Shown here: positions 16,266-25,820 of the stretch, piece by piece
Layout: each line of letters opens with the position of its first letter
Position numbering within the stretch: position 1 is the first letter of the stretch
From: Escherichia phage vB_EcoS-CHD2B1
Sequence record: MZ234026.1
DNA: 45,144 bases
Reading direction: 5' to 3' (one strand)
Position numbers and translations under genes: made by a program
Notes under the pieces: model-generated
The model's database searches: none
The model's input: only the letters and a program-made list of their open reading frames with translations
What the model was told of the DNA's origin: nothing

Positions 16266-18308
16266 TTATGCTTTGGTCAGTGCCGCTACGGCAGCTTTCA
16301 ATTCCTCCAGTTCTTTCTGCATATCTTCCACTTTACGCCCCATAAAGACCATCGCGCACGCCATATCTGTTAACATGACGTTGCTGTCAAGTGCCAGCGT
16401 GTCGTCGTAGTAGTCGCCGTCTTCGGCTTTGAATCCTTCAGTCCCTACGAGGTCCGGGTTTTTAAGTGCGCCGGGGATAATCTTCACGTATTGCGGATCG
16501 ATTTTCACCAGGTCCTGCGCGATAAGGCCATAGCGCTGGATTTCCGACCCTTTATACTTAAACATTGTGGGAAGCCACTGCATCACTCGATCGTAGCTTT
16601 CTTTCCCTTCCGTGTACTTAATATCGTGCTTCAGGTCACGGTCGGACGTAGGCGCTTTGGAAAATGTGTACGCGCCGAATGTACCGCTGACCTGGATATC
16701 GCAACTGTTAACGACGAACTCGAAGTTGGTCCAGTTTTCGCCATCCCCTCGGCAGCGCAATGCCGCACGGGGCCAGTTCGCCGTGCCCTGAGAGATAAGC
16801 CCCCACGTGGCGCGGATAGGGTATCCGCCGGTTGATTGGGACCGCCAGGAGATTGCAGGAACCCAGCCGCCGTCGTTATTTCCGACGTCAGATAGCCACA
16901 CACCGCTGTCCCCGTAGTTGTTAGGCTGGTCCCAGCCGGTCTGGAAACCTTCGGCGATAAGTCGTCTGGCGGACATCTTTCCATCGGGTCTAAACCGGTA
17001 GCGCCATTCCGCCACGCCAGCATTCAGGACGTAGACCTCATAGGCTTCAAGCCCCGTCCCTCCCTGACGAATCGGCCCGGTAAACACCGCGCTATTTTGC
17101 CAGTTATACCGCGTGAATCCGGTATAGTCGTTCGGCTTTGGTGGGTTAAGCGACAGTAGCTGCACGGTGTTACTATCGACGCCGTTCAGAAGTAATTCGC
17201 CACCCTGCGCAGACGACAGGCGCTTGAATCCGTTAAAGTTACCTTCGACGTCGAGTTGATAGTAATGTGACCCCGAAGGCGTGATTACGCCGATCGTGTG
17301 CTTTCCGGTCCCTAGTTGTGTTTCTGCGTAGCTTTGCGTCGTTACCACGTCCTCACCGTTGCTATTCTTTAGCTTAGACTGGAACATTCCGCCCTGCGCC
17401 GATACGGTGTCGGGGGCTGATTTAACAGCGAGAGCACCCTTAAAAATAGGCTCGTTACCCTCCCCCAGTTCGAGGTTGGTGCGCGACGTCTGCACATCGG
17501 CAACGCCTGCAAGGTTGCCGGATTTAGTTAGCAGATTATCCGCGTTTACGCTTTGCGCCCATTCTTCGGCCTGATCGCGAAATCCCTGCGCGGCAGTGCT
17601 GGCGGCTTGCGCGTCAGTCTTCGCAGTATTGGCTTCATCGCGAATAACGCCAGTATCCGTCTTAATCTGGTCGGTCTGGTCCTTGATAGACTGCGTATCA
17701 GTCTTAATCTGGTCGGTCTGCGTCTTGATCGTATTGGTGGCGTCGTGGATTGCCTGCGTGTCAGTCTTGATTTGGTCGGTCTGCGTCTTGATGGCATTGG
17801 CATCGTTCTTGAAGCCTTCGGCCTCATTGCGCGACACCAGCGCGGCGGCTTCCGATGCGGCGGCTTGTTGTTGCAGGTCGCGCATTTCGACGGGGTCTAC
17901 TTCCTTCAACAAGGATGACAGGTAGCCCCATGACATTCCCTGCATAACTTGCCCGTTTGGCAGCGTTACCGTGACTTCTTCAGCGTCGCCGAAGATTGCA
18001 CGCCAGTTGTTTTCATCCGCGATCATCAAGCGTAGTGCTTTCTGCGCCTGGACGGTTACGCCCATCGTTGCAAGGGACATGGTATCGCGCGCCACGCTAT
18101 CCCATGCGAGGCCGGTTGCCGTTGGGCCATCGAATGGCAGCGCCAGTGTAAGCGCGGTGTCGCTCTCAATGGATGCAATAGCAATAGTGTAAGGGACTTG
18201 CCCTACTACCAGCGACAGGAAGTCGCCCGCCTTCAGCGCGGTAAGCGTTGTGCCGTCTCCAGTCACCGCGGTGCTGTTATTCGTTACGGATAGTGTACCC
18301 GCTGCCAT
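16266..18308 (-). CDS. Tail fiber protein with internal tandem repeats and C-terminal intramolecular chaperone (peptidase S74-like) domain
   Basis: ATG at 18308 with GAGGA RBS (ORF track starts at upstream TTG 18335); repeats TQTDQIKTDTQ; C-terminal SDRDLKHDI...YGLIAQDL. Confidence 0.7.
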   Translation of the reverse strand: MAAGTLSVTNNSTAVTGDGTTLTALKAGDFLSLVVGQVPYTIAIASIESDTALTLALPFDGPTATGLAWDSVARDTMSLATMGVTVQAQKALRLMIADENNWRAIFGDAEEVTVTLPNGQVMQGMSWGYLSSLLKEVDPVEMRDLQQQAAASEAAALVSRNEAEGFKNDANAIKTQTDQIKTDTQAIHDATNTIKTQTDQIKTDTQSIKDQTDQIKTDTGVIRDEANTAKTDAQAASTAAQGFRDQAEEWAQSVNADNLLTKSGNLAGVADVQTSRTNLELGEGNEPIFKGALAVKSAPDTVSAQGGMFQSKLKNSNGEDVVTTQSYAETQLGTGKHTIGVITPSGSHYYQLDVEGNFNGFKRLSSAQGGELLLNGVDSNTVQLLSLNPPKPNDYTGFTRYNWQNSAVFTGPIRQGGTGLEAYEVYVLNAGVAEWRYRFRPDGKMSARRLIAEGFQTGWDQPNNYGDSGVWLSDVGNNDGGWVPAISWRSQSTGGYPIRATWGLISQGTANWPRAALRCRGDGENWTNFEFVVNSCDIQVSGTFGAYTFSKAPTSDRDLKHDIKYTEGKESYDRVMQWLPTMFKYKGSEIQRYGLIAQDLVKIDPQYVKIIPGALKNPDLVGTEGFKAEDGDYYDDTLALDSNVMLTDMACAMVFMGRKVEDMQKELEELKAAVAALTKA
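17570..17830. repeat. Tandem ~33-bp coding repeats inside tail fiber gene
   Basis: Repeated gtcttaatctggtcggtctg / gtcttgatttggtcggtctgcgtcttgat units encoding KTDTQ-type repeats. Confidence 0.6.
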
Positions 18309-18329
18309 AGCTAAATCCTCATAAATTGG

Positions 18330-18358
18330 TTGCATTCTTGATCGAGCGGTGTAATACT
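18330..18358 (+). promoter_or_regulatory. Putative promoter TTGCAT-N17-AATACT overlapping TTGGTTGCAT motif, driving the plus-strand island
   Basis: Motif at 18326..18335; upstream of lipoprotein gene. Confidence 0.4.
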
Positions 18359-18388
18359 AAAACTCAACCAAATATAGGAGATGATAAC

Positions 18389-18610
18389 ATGAAAACTTTA
18401 ATTATGATTTGTGCTGTTCTTTTGTCCGGTTGTGCCGTAGAACGCAACAACGGTGATTGCATTACGGTGGCTTACGGAAGCTGCATGTTGCGTTATGTTG
18501 ACGGGCAAAAAGTCCCTGCCGGAGACGTGGACATGCGCTTCACTGGCCTATCTGCCGATAGCGACGGCAATTTCTCAGGTACTGTATCAGTTAAATCACG
18601 GGAGTGGTAA
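18389..18610 (+). CDS. Small lipoprotein (candidate Llp/Cor-like superinfection-exclusion protein)
   Basis: 73 aa; signal peptide with lipobox MKTLIMICAVLLSGC; AGGAGA RBS; located among tail genes on the opposite strand. Confidence 0.6.
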   Translation: MKTLIMICAVLLSGCAVERNNGDCITVAYGSCMLRYVDGQKVPAGDVDMRFTGLSADSDGNFSGTVSVKSREW

Positions 18611-18612
18611 TA

Positions 18613-19578
18613 ATGGGTGCTGGAATACTTATCGACTACAACGACGGTAGACCTGTCATGGAGATAACCGCGGGCCTTCGCGCTCCGTCGTTCTGCACTA
18701 CCTTTAATCAGCGCTGTCAGTCTGACAAGACGCTGACCATTAACACACCGCTGACACCGGGGTCCGAACTGGTCGTTGCCCTAACTAATCCGGTAGAAGT
18801 GATGGAAGTATTCGACCAGACCCTGGTCTTGCCAGACCCGTTTTATGTGACGTCGATACAACGTAACGGGGATGGCGGAATCACCTTGCGCGGTGAGGAT
18901 GCCTATAACGCATACAGCGGGCTTCCAACATGGGGCGGGGTGATTATGGAAGTGCTGCCGGTTGGGTCACGCAATGCGGGCTTACTGGTAGCTAACTCAA
19001 CGGACTTCACCGCAATATCCAACGTCGCACGGCTAATGACCTGCCGATATGCGCAGCGCGTGCATGTAAACGGAAGTATGCCGCTACCCGTCGGCGGTGT
19101 CCCGTTCGCTCGCTGGGACGACGGCAACGTATCGGTTGGCTTCGATGGCGGAAGTATTATCGTCCGTAATGCGTCCTATGGCGGGATTGACGACGTAGGC
19201 GCTGCCGTCGACATGGACCTGGTTATATTCAACAATACGCCGCCATCACCGGGGACCGGTATCACCATGACTAACAACCAGGGGCAGGTCACGTTCTCGA
19301 CGGTAAACAAGCCGTTTGTCTACGACCGCACGATTAATATCGGTGGCGGCGACCAGCACATCGGTAATAGTCTGATCCAGCTTTCATATACCGGTGCGCT
19401 CATTGAGAACAACAGCGGCTATAACCATGTGCGCATGAACGGGATACGAATGGCGGGTAATAATGTGCGCATCGCCAAAAACCGCGTTATTGGCAACTAC
19501 TCACGGCAGCAATTCCAAATGCCGGGCAAAAATATTGCCGTACCCACCCCGCTACTAGTCATCCCTAACATCTATTAA
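18613..19578 (+). CDS. Hypothetical 321-aa protein co-transcribed with the lipoprotein (candidate receptor-binding or tail-associated protein)
   Basis: ATG at 18613 right after the lipoprotein stop; Gly/Asn/Thr-rich; function not recognisable from sequence. Confidence 0.5.
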   Translation: MGAGILIDYNDGRPVMEITAGLRAPSFCTTFNQRCQSDKTLTINTPLTPGSELVVALTNPVEVMEVFDQTLVLPDPFYVTSIQRNGDGGITLRGEDAYNAYSGLPTWGGVIMEVLPVGSRNAGLLVANSTDFTAISNVARLMTCRYAQRVHVNGSMPLPVGGVPFARWDDGNVSVGFDGGSIIVRNASYGGIDDVGAAVDMDLVIFNNTPPSPGTGITMTNNQGQVTFSTVNKPFVYDRTINIGGGDQHIGNSLIQLSYTGALIENNSGYNHVRMNGIRMAGNNVRIAKNRVIGNYSRQQFQMPGKNIAVPTPLLVIPNIY

Positions 19579-19603
19579 AAAAGGGGCCGGATGGCCCCTT
19601 CTC
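19576..19603. terminator. Bidirectional hairpin terminator AAAAAAGGGGCC ggat GGCCCCTTCT (near-identical to 16238..16264)
   Basis: Between convergent gene ends at 19578 and 19606. Confidence 0.65.
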
Positions 19604-19605
19604 AT

Positions 19606-22600
19606 TTACCACGTCCCAACTTTCACCCTGCCCCCGCCAGGTAATGGCACGTTAACGCCCGTTGCGTCGATCTGTACCGACCCGCCGGAGAATCCAAAGT
19701 TACCCGTAGTTGCGAACAGATTGCCGCGTACCGTAACGTTGTTGAACTCCGCCCCGCCATCCTTCGCGATACGCCAGCCGCTGTTACCCGGATTCCAGTT
19801 ATTGGATTGCAGCGTGTCCGTGATCTGCGCGAAGTTAATGGACGCGTTCTTGATGCGTGCTGTGTCGATGTACACCTGACCGCCGTCAACGATAAACGCG
19901 GAGGTGAGCGTACCATTCGACGGGTGCATGATGTAGAACTGGTCCGCCTTGAACGCGATGCGTGATTTAACCGCGCCACCTTCCGCCACGACGGAAAGCT
20001 GCATACCGGCATCATAGTAAGTCCCGTTATACGTCACGCCAGCCTTAAGGCTGTATGTGGCGCTACCGCCAGCATGGTTAAACGAGGACGTCATCTTCTG
20101 CTCGATAGCTGCGGACTGCTGACCGAACTGTGCCGCGACCTGGGTCTTATACTCCGCCAGCGCGCCCGCTACGTCTGCCGTTGCCGTTTGTACCTGCTGG
20201 ATGGCAGCTTCCTGCTCCCCGAACTTAGCGGCAACAGTTTGTTGGTACTGGGCGAACGCCTGTTCATGCGTGCTTTGCGCGGTCTGCAACGTGTGGATTG
20301 ACGCTTCGGCGTCGTCAAGGCGCGTGCCGATTAACGTTTCCAGTTGCGCTACGGCTTCGTGAGCGTCCGCCGCCACGTTATACGCCACCGTAATTTCTGC
20401 ATAAATCCCTTTATACTCGGCGCGGGCGTTGAATAACTGCTGGGCGTCCGTAAGCATTGACTCATAGATGCCTTGCGGAATGGTGTCGATTGCTTCCTGG
20501 AAGTGTTTACCGTCCTCGGAAGTCAAGAACTCGTCATCAAGCCCCTGCATGTACTCGTCAACTTTGTCACTCACCTGCCCGTCGAACGGATCGGACCAGT
20601 CTGACAGGTTGCCGATTTTATCCGCTACACGTGCGCGCAACTGCTGGTAGATCCCGAACTCCAGCGACGTTTGCGCATAGTCCGACCCCGGATATGGGAC
20701 GTTGGTTAGGAATTTCCATTCCGTTTCGCCCAGCTTGCGTACTTCAAGCTCTGTATACGAAATATCCGTTGCGGCGTTGTTGTGATTCCACTTCCACAAA
20801 ATTTGATGAAGGCCCGAAATCGCGTTGGTGATGATAGGCGCGTTAAGCCCACCAAGACGACCTTCCACCGGCGTGATGGCGGATGACACCCACGGGGATG
20901 AAATCTCGCCCATACCGATAGCACGGACGCGTGCCTGGTAGTTACCCGAAAACACGTTCGGGATGTGCGCGCCGTTCGACGCCGTGCGGGGAATGTTCAC
21001 CCAGTCGTTTCCCCACTGGATTTCCAGATTCTGCAAGCTGGTACGTCGCCACTGGATTTCGTACACAACGGCATCCTTCACCGGCGGAAAAACAATATCC
21101 ACGTTAGTGATTAGCTGGCCTTGTGATGAAATCTGCGACGGGGTGATGGTAACGGATTCTGGCCCCTTCATTACGCCGTCCGGCACTTGCGTGAAGATGC
21201 CCGGATCAAGACGCGCGCCATTATCAACGGCATCATATTTGCTATCGTTATATTCAATCCCGCGCACCGAGAAAGTGCTGGTAGCGTCGTCATATTCCAG
21301 GTCGGTGATGCGGAACTTCTGCAACTGGATATCATCGCCATCAACGCAAAACGGCTGATCAGGAATCGGGTCGGCGTCCAGTGCGGTTTTTAGCGTGACC
21401 TGGTTGCCGTTGACGCTGGCAATCTCGCGAGTCTCCACATTACCGCTATCGGTGCGCACCAGGAATTTATCGCCAGGGCGGAACGTGATTTCGCTGTCCG
21501 TGTTCAGCACGGTGCGCGTGCCCGGATCTGACAACAGACGTCCGCCGCGTGTCTCGAAGCCGCCAGAAATGTTAGTATCTGCGATCGCGACTACGCTCCC
21601 CGGAATAAAGAATAACCCCTCCATGCCAACCTTAAAGCTAACTTGCTGATCAAGCTGGTTGGAGATTAGCGCCCAGTGTCCGCGGCGTTGCGCTTCAGAT
21701 TCACGCGTACAGCCGATCGCCGTAATATCAAGGCGGTTAATCTTATGGCGGCGCACCAGTTCGACACGCTGGCCAGTTGCGATGGCGTCCTCGTAATGGT
21801 TTTTCGGGTTGCCGTAGGCTACCGAGAACGTGGAATACCGAGTTTTCTGGCTTCCCGATGCGTAGTCGAATCGACCATCAATAACCGAGGCGTTGGTGAT
21901 AGTATGCGATACCGCTGCGACCGGCTGGTCACTGACAATATTCAGCATCTGGTTGCCCCACCAGGTCATCCCAGCAAAGATAGCCGCTAAATCCTTCAGC
22001 ACGGTCCAGGCGTCGGTCTGCGATTGAATGTACATATCATTCTTAAATCGGATTTCCTGACCGCCGTTGCCGTCACTGACCATCTGGTCGCAGCGCTGCG
22101 CAATCTGGTAGAGTGCGTAACGGTTTAGCATTTGTGGCTTGACACGACGACCGAGGCCGAAGCGCTCAGTAATACAAATATCGTACCAGTGCCACGCAGG
22201 ATTATCCGTCCAGGCGCGTTTAAATGTACCGTCCCAGTTACCAGAATAGGTATGATTCACGGGGTCATAGTTGTTCGGGACCAGCACTTTGCGGCCTTTG
22301 CACTTGATTGACACGCGCGGGATGTTCTGGAAAGCCTTAGCGTCGAACTCCACGAACAACAGCGCGGTTAGCGGGTAACGCAGGCGGGCGTCGATAATCT
22401 CAGTAATGGATTGTACCTGGATATCGTTGACCACTTTCGCCGATGTGGAGTCTGCCGTTGTGCGGATCACCTCCACGCGCCAGCCGGTGTTAACGTTCGA
22501 CGGTAGTTCGATGCGGTGGTCGCGCTCATACAGCGACATTGTTTTACCAACGGCAGCGAATGTAAACTCGCGCGGATCAGCATTATCGGTATACACAACG

Positions 22601-23052
22601 ATTTTATAGTCGATGCGCCCGCCCACCAGGTCGCCATTATCTTCGTTAGTGTACAGGGCCGGAATACCGATTCGAATGCGCACCGCGTCAAGACTGGTGT
22701 CCGAAATCTGGCGGACCCACGGCTGTCCCTGTTCCAGTTTTACACCTACGGACTGCTCGCTTTCCACCGCGGAAAATCCGTGGATTACATCCTGGTGCTG
22801 CGTGCCGGGGCGGAACTCCACGCGCGCGCCGGGGAAGTTATCCGACAGGTCGGCGTTCTGGATCGGTGTGCCGTCCAGGTAGACACGCTGCCGTAATTCG
22901 TTAGGGTCGGGAATGCCTTCAAATTCGCCCTCGCCCAGTGCGAGCAAGATGCGGATTTTAGCCAGCGAATGCAGGCTATCAGGCGTCTCCTGTGGGGTGT
23001 GCTGTTTGCCACCGCCGCCTTTATGGCCCGTGACGTCGTATACAATCGTCAT
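19606..23052 (-). CDS. Tail tip / host specificity protein (lambda J-like central tail fiber)
   Basis: 1148 aa; NYDPVNHTYSGNWDGTFKRAWTDNPAWHWYDI matches the conserved lambda J region NYNPQTRQYSGIWDGTFKPAYSNNMAWCLWDM. Confidence 0.85.
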   Translation of the reverse strand: MTIVYDVTGHKGGGGKQHTPQETPDSLHSLAKIRILLALGEGEFEGIPDPNELRQRVYLDGTPIQNADLSDNFPGARVEFRPGTQHQDVIHGFSAVESEQSVGVKLEQGQPWVRQISDTSLDAVRIRIGIPALYTNEDNGDLVGGRIDYKIVVYTDNADPREFTFAAVGKTMSLYERDHRIELPSNVNTGWRVEVIRTTADSTSAKVVNDIQVQSITEIIDARLRYPLTALLFVEFDAKAFQNIPRVSIKCKGRKVLVPNNYDPVNHTYSGNWDGTFKRAWTDNPAWHWYDICITERFGLGRRVKPQMLNRYALYQIAQRCDQMVSDGNGGQEIRFKNDMYIQSQTDAWTVLKDLAAIFAGMTWWGNQMLNIVSDQPVAAVSHTITNASVIDGRFDYASGSQKTRYSTFSVAYGNPKNHYEDAIATGQRVELVRRHKINRLDITAIGCTRESEAQRRGHWALISNQLDQQVSFKVGMEGLFFIPGSVVAIADTNISGGFETRGGRLLSDPGTRTVLNTDSEITFRPGDKFLVRTDSGNVETREIASVNGNQVTLKTALDADPIPDQPFCVDGDDIQLQKFRITDLEYDDATSTFSVRGIEYNDSKYDAVDNGARLDPGIFTQVPDGVMKGPESVTITPSQISSQGQLITNVDIVFPPVKDAVVYEIQWRRTSLQNLEIQWGNDWVNIPRTASNGAHIPNVFSGNYQARVRAIGMGEISSPWVSSAITPVEGRLGGLNAPIITNAISGLHQILWKWNHNNAATDISYTELEVRKLGETEWKFLTNVPYPGSDYAQTSLEFGIYQQLRARVADKIGNLSDWSDPFDGQVSDKVDEYMQGLDDEFLTSEDGKHFQEAIDTIPQGIYESMLTDAQQLFNARAEYKGIYAEITVAYNVAADAHEAVAQLETLIGTRLDDAEASIHTLQTAQSTHEQAFAQYQQTVAAKFGEQEAAIQQVQTATADVAGALAEYKTQVAAQFGQQSAAIEQKMTSSFNHAGGSATYSLKAGVTYNGTYYDAGMQLSVVAEGGAVKSRIAFKADQFYIMHPSNGTLTSAFIVDGGQVYIDTARIKNASINFAQITDTLQSNNWNPGNSGWRIAKDGGAEFNNVTVRGNLFATTGNFGFSGGSVQIDATGVNVPLPGGGRVKVGTW

Positions 23053-23666
23053 TCGTTCAAATCCTCGGTTACGATTCCGGCTGAAATAATAGCGCCGCCG
23101 ATCTCACGCTCGCCCCATAATACACCAAGTGCTGTACCTTGCGCGGTAGTGTTTACCGGTCCACCGAACGCATACGACGCCTTGTTATCCACGTCCTGCC
23201 GAGTCTGCAATCCTTTCGGTTGCGGTGACAGCAATTGCATAGCGCCGCCCAGCGCAAGCGACATACCGAACGAAAACGTCGCCGTTCCGATAGCGGCAGC
23301 GGTCGCAGCGGAAGCACCGAAAGCGGCAGCGGCAAGCCCGCCAGTGTAGAACGACGCCACCACGATAGCTACGCCAGCCAGCAATTGGCCCAGTCCGCTT
23401 TTAGCACCAGTCATAACCGGAGCGATGGTTACTACGCGGTCGCCGTGGAACTCGCCCAACTCGTCGTAGCTGGTCATTGTGTGATTACCCTTGCGCACCT
23501 TGAACATCATGCTGTTAAGGTGGGCCGACATTAGAAAGTCCTGTAAGCCTGGTAACTTCACGCATAGGCCGGTGATACCCTCGCCAGGTGTAAAACAGTC
23601 CAGCTTATGCACTTTACCAAAACGACGTCCTAAGACGCCGTACAATTTAAATGTGGTCATTGCCAT
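23049..23666 (-). CDS. Tail assembly protein (lambda I-like)
   Basis: 205 aa, Gly/Ala-rich hydrophobic middle; position between K-like and J-like genes; ATGA overlap. Confidence 0.65.
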   Translation of the reverse strand: MAMTTFKLYGVLGRRFGKVHKLDCFTPGEGITGLCVKLPGLQDFLMSAHLNSMMFKVRKGNHTMTSYDELGEFHGDRVVTIAPVMTGAKSGLGQLLAGVAIVVASFYTGGLAAAAFGASAATAAAIGTATFSFGMSLALGGAMQLLSPQPKGLQTRQDVDNKASYAFGGPVNTTAQGTALGVLWGEREIGGAIISAGIVTEDLNE

Positions 23667-24397
23667 TCTGTGATTTCCCCAGGTAAGTCTTTATGACGTA
23701 CCCATTTAACCACATTGTCGCGGAAAAATCCTGCCCGGAAGGGGACCACGCTCGACAAGCTGCCGTAGATATGGTGTAGTAGTTGGTTGCCCGGAAGGAA
23801 GATTCCCGCGTGGTTAGGCACTGGCGCGCTAATCTGCATGATGACCATTGCCCCCGGTGTATTCTCCTCGCACTCCCTGAATCCCGCATCATACCAGTTA
23901 TCCATATACAGGCTTTCGCCCATTTCCCACCAGTTGTACGGCACGCGGAAGTCAGGCAGATTCACTCCCTGCTTTTTGTGCCAGTCCATGACGAGGCCAT
24001 AGCAATCCGTAATTCCGAGAACAAATCGGCGACCTACCAGCGGCGGGTCTTCCGGGTCGATCTCGATAAAGTCGCCATACTCATTGGTGATGGTCCACAC
24101 AATGCCGCTGCCGTTACATCCGCTAACGTCGCCCAATGATGGGGTTAGCTCGCGCTGGCCTGGGTGTGAGTGGACTACGCGCACGACGTCGCCCATATCC
24201 TCGGCATCCATCCAGGCCATATCACTAATCGTGAACGCGTCCTTACGCGAGCGCGCGCCGGTCGGGTCTTCGAACACGTTCAGGCATGGTACAAATACTT
24301 GTTTGCGGCCCACCATGACGACCAGGCCGCAGGCTTCTTCAGGCAGACATGCCGCAACGTGCGCAGCGATATCGCTTTTTACCTTTTTCGTTAACAT
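23657..24397 (-). CDS. Tail assembly protein (lambda K-like; MPN/JAB plus NlpC/P60 domains)
   Basis: 246 aa; HSHP metalloprotease-like motif and Cys/His motif ...CYGLV...H. Confidence 0.75.
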   Translation of the reverse strand: MLTKKVKSDIAAHVAACLPEEACGLVVMVGRKQVFVPCLNVFEDPTGARSRKDAFTISDMAWMDAEDMGDVVRVVHSHPGQRELTPSLGDVSGCNGSGIVWTITNEYGDFIEIDPEDPPLVGRRFVLGITDCYGLVMDWHKKQGVNLPDFRVPYNWWEMGESLYMDNWYDAGFRECEENTPGAMVIMQISAPVPNHAGIFLPGNQLLHHIYGSLSSVVPFRAGFFRDNVVKWVRHKDLPGEITEWQ

Positions 24398-24399
24398 GA

Positions 24400-25188
24400 C
24401 TACCCCTTAATTAATCTTGACCCTGGAAAGCCGCCGTAGTCCAGTACCGCCGCTTTCGGGTCCGCAAGCCCTTGTCCGAATCGAAGATAACAGTCGGACA
24501 AACATCCGCCGCACCGGTCCATATCCATCGCTATTACTTCATTGCCTCGCTCGTCATAATACTTGATGCCTGGTTGTGCAAGGTTCCACGTGCACCCATC
24601 CCCGCTGGCGTACTTCCCATTGAGCGCCCATTCGCACATATTCATGATTTGGCGGCGCGGGACTACTTGCCCCTCCATATCCGCGGGTGAGGATAATGCG
24701 AAGGTGATTTGTTTGCCCGGATTGCGACCGACCTGTGAGTCGATGTAAAACTCCTGTACACGTTTTTGCGTTGGGTCTGGATCAGGCCCGTTGTCCAGGA
24801 ACTTCGCAAACGTGTCGATGATTTCCACCTTCGCGCCAAGTAGCTGGTCGTGATTCAGTGACAGCCTGGTGATAATCCCGCCAATATCGACGATAGTTAG
24901 CTGCGGTTCTGCTGCCGTTGATGTGGAGAAGTTGAGGCCGGATAAATCGAAGGGCCAAAATTCGAACTCCTGCCCGCCGAAGAAGATAGATTTTGGCTTT
25001 AGCTTGTCCTCGTCACCGCCAGCGGCAGCAATATCTTCGGCAGTGTGCGGAATAAAGCAATAATGAAAATAGTGGTGGCCCGCGCCGATCGCGCCGTCGC
25101 CCGGCTCCACGTCCTGCGCATCAATGTGAATCAGGCGAACGCGACCCGATGGGTCAAAGCGCGTCGCCTCACGATATAGTTTATTCAT
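24400..25188 (-). CDS. Minor tail protein (lambda L-like)
   Basis: 262 aa; C-terminal Cys cluster CGGCLSDC; synteny M-L-K-I-J. Confidence 0.7.
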   Translation of the reverse strand: MNKLYREATRFDPSGRVRLIHIDAQDVEPGDGAIGAGHHYFHYCFIPHTAEDIAAAGGDEDKLKPKSIFFGGQEFEFWPFDLSGLNFSTSTAAEPQLTIVDIGGIITRLSLNHDQLLGAKVEIIDTFAKFLDNGPDPDPTQKRVQEFYIDSQVGRNPGKQITFALSSPADMEGQVVPRRQIMNMCEWALNGKYASGDGCTWNLAQPGIKYYDERGNEVIAMDMDRCGGCLSDCYLRFGQGLADPKAAVLDYGGFPGSRLIKG

Positions 25189-25784
25189 CTTACGAATCCA
25201 ATAGCAGTCTTAAGGGTGGCTGATACAGTTGCCGTGTAGTGTCCGTTGTCAGTGTACGACAAGCTCGAACGCTCGACCACGAATAAACCTGTTTCGCCAT
25301 CCGGCGCGGTGACGACAAACGGCTTGACGAAGTGCCCGCGAAGGAAGTTGTACACCAGTTTAGGGTCACACCACTTGTCCGTAGTCAGTCCGATGAATTG
25401 CACGGGGAACTGTTTCGTCTCGGCGTTCGGGCCGTCTGCGATGTTCTGACCATAGCCGTTACCGAATTGCAATTCCTCCGACCGGAAAGCCAATTGCACG
25501 TCGCCGCCGCCCTGCAATTGCATGTGCCAGTAATAGGGCCATTCGTTTGATCGCGGGTCGTGCGCTTCGATTAGCTCGTAGGCTGCACCGGCTTTTGTCG
25601 GACCGGCCCAGTTATCCACCAGGGTGATGACGGTGTCAGAGTTGAATGCAGCGATTTTACCGGTGTAGTCGTTGCCGTCGATGCGGGCAAATACGCGGAC
25701 CTTCCCGATCTCGCTCAGGAACGCCGTCCCCGCGCCCGTGACGGTCTTACTTCCGTTCGTTAGTGTGATTGTACCTTGCGCCAT
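25185..25784 (-). CDS. Minor tail protein (lambda M-like)
   Basis: 199 aa; synteny downstream of tape measure gene. Confidence 0.65.
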   Translation of the reverse strand: MAQGTITLTNGSKTVTGAGTAFLSEIGKVRVFARIDGNDYTGKIAAFNSDTVITLVDNWAGPTKAGAAYELIEAHDPRSNEWPYYWHMQLQGGGDVQLAFRSEELQFGNGYGQNIADGPNAETKQFPVQFIGLTTDKWCDPKLVYNFLRGHFVKPFVVTAPDGETGLFVVERSSLSYTDNGHYTATVSATLKTAIGFVR

Positions 25785-25820
25785 AAAAAAGCCCCCACGT
25801 TGTATGTGAGGGCCATTTTA

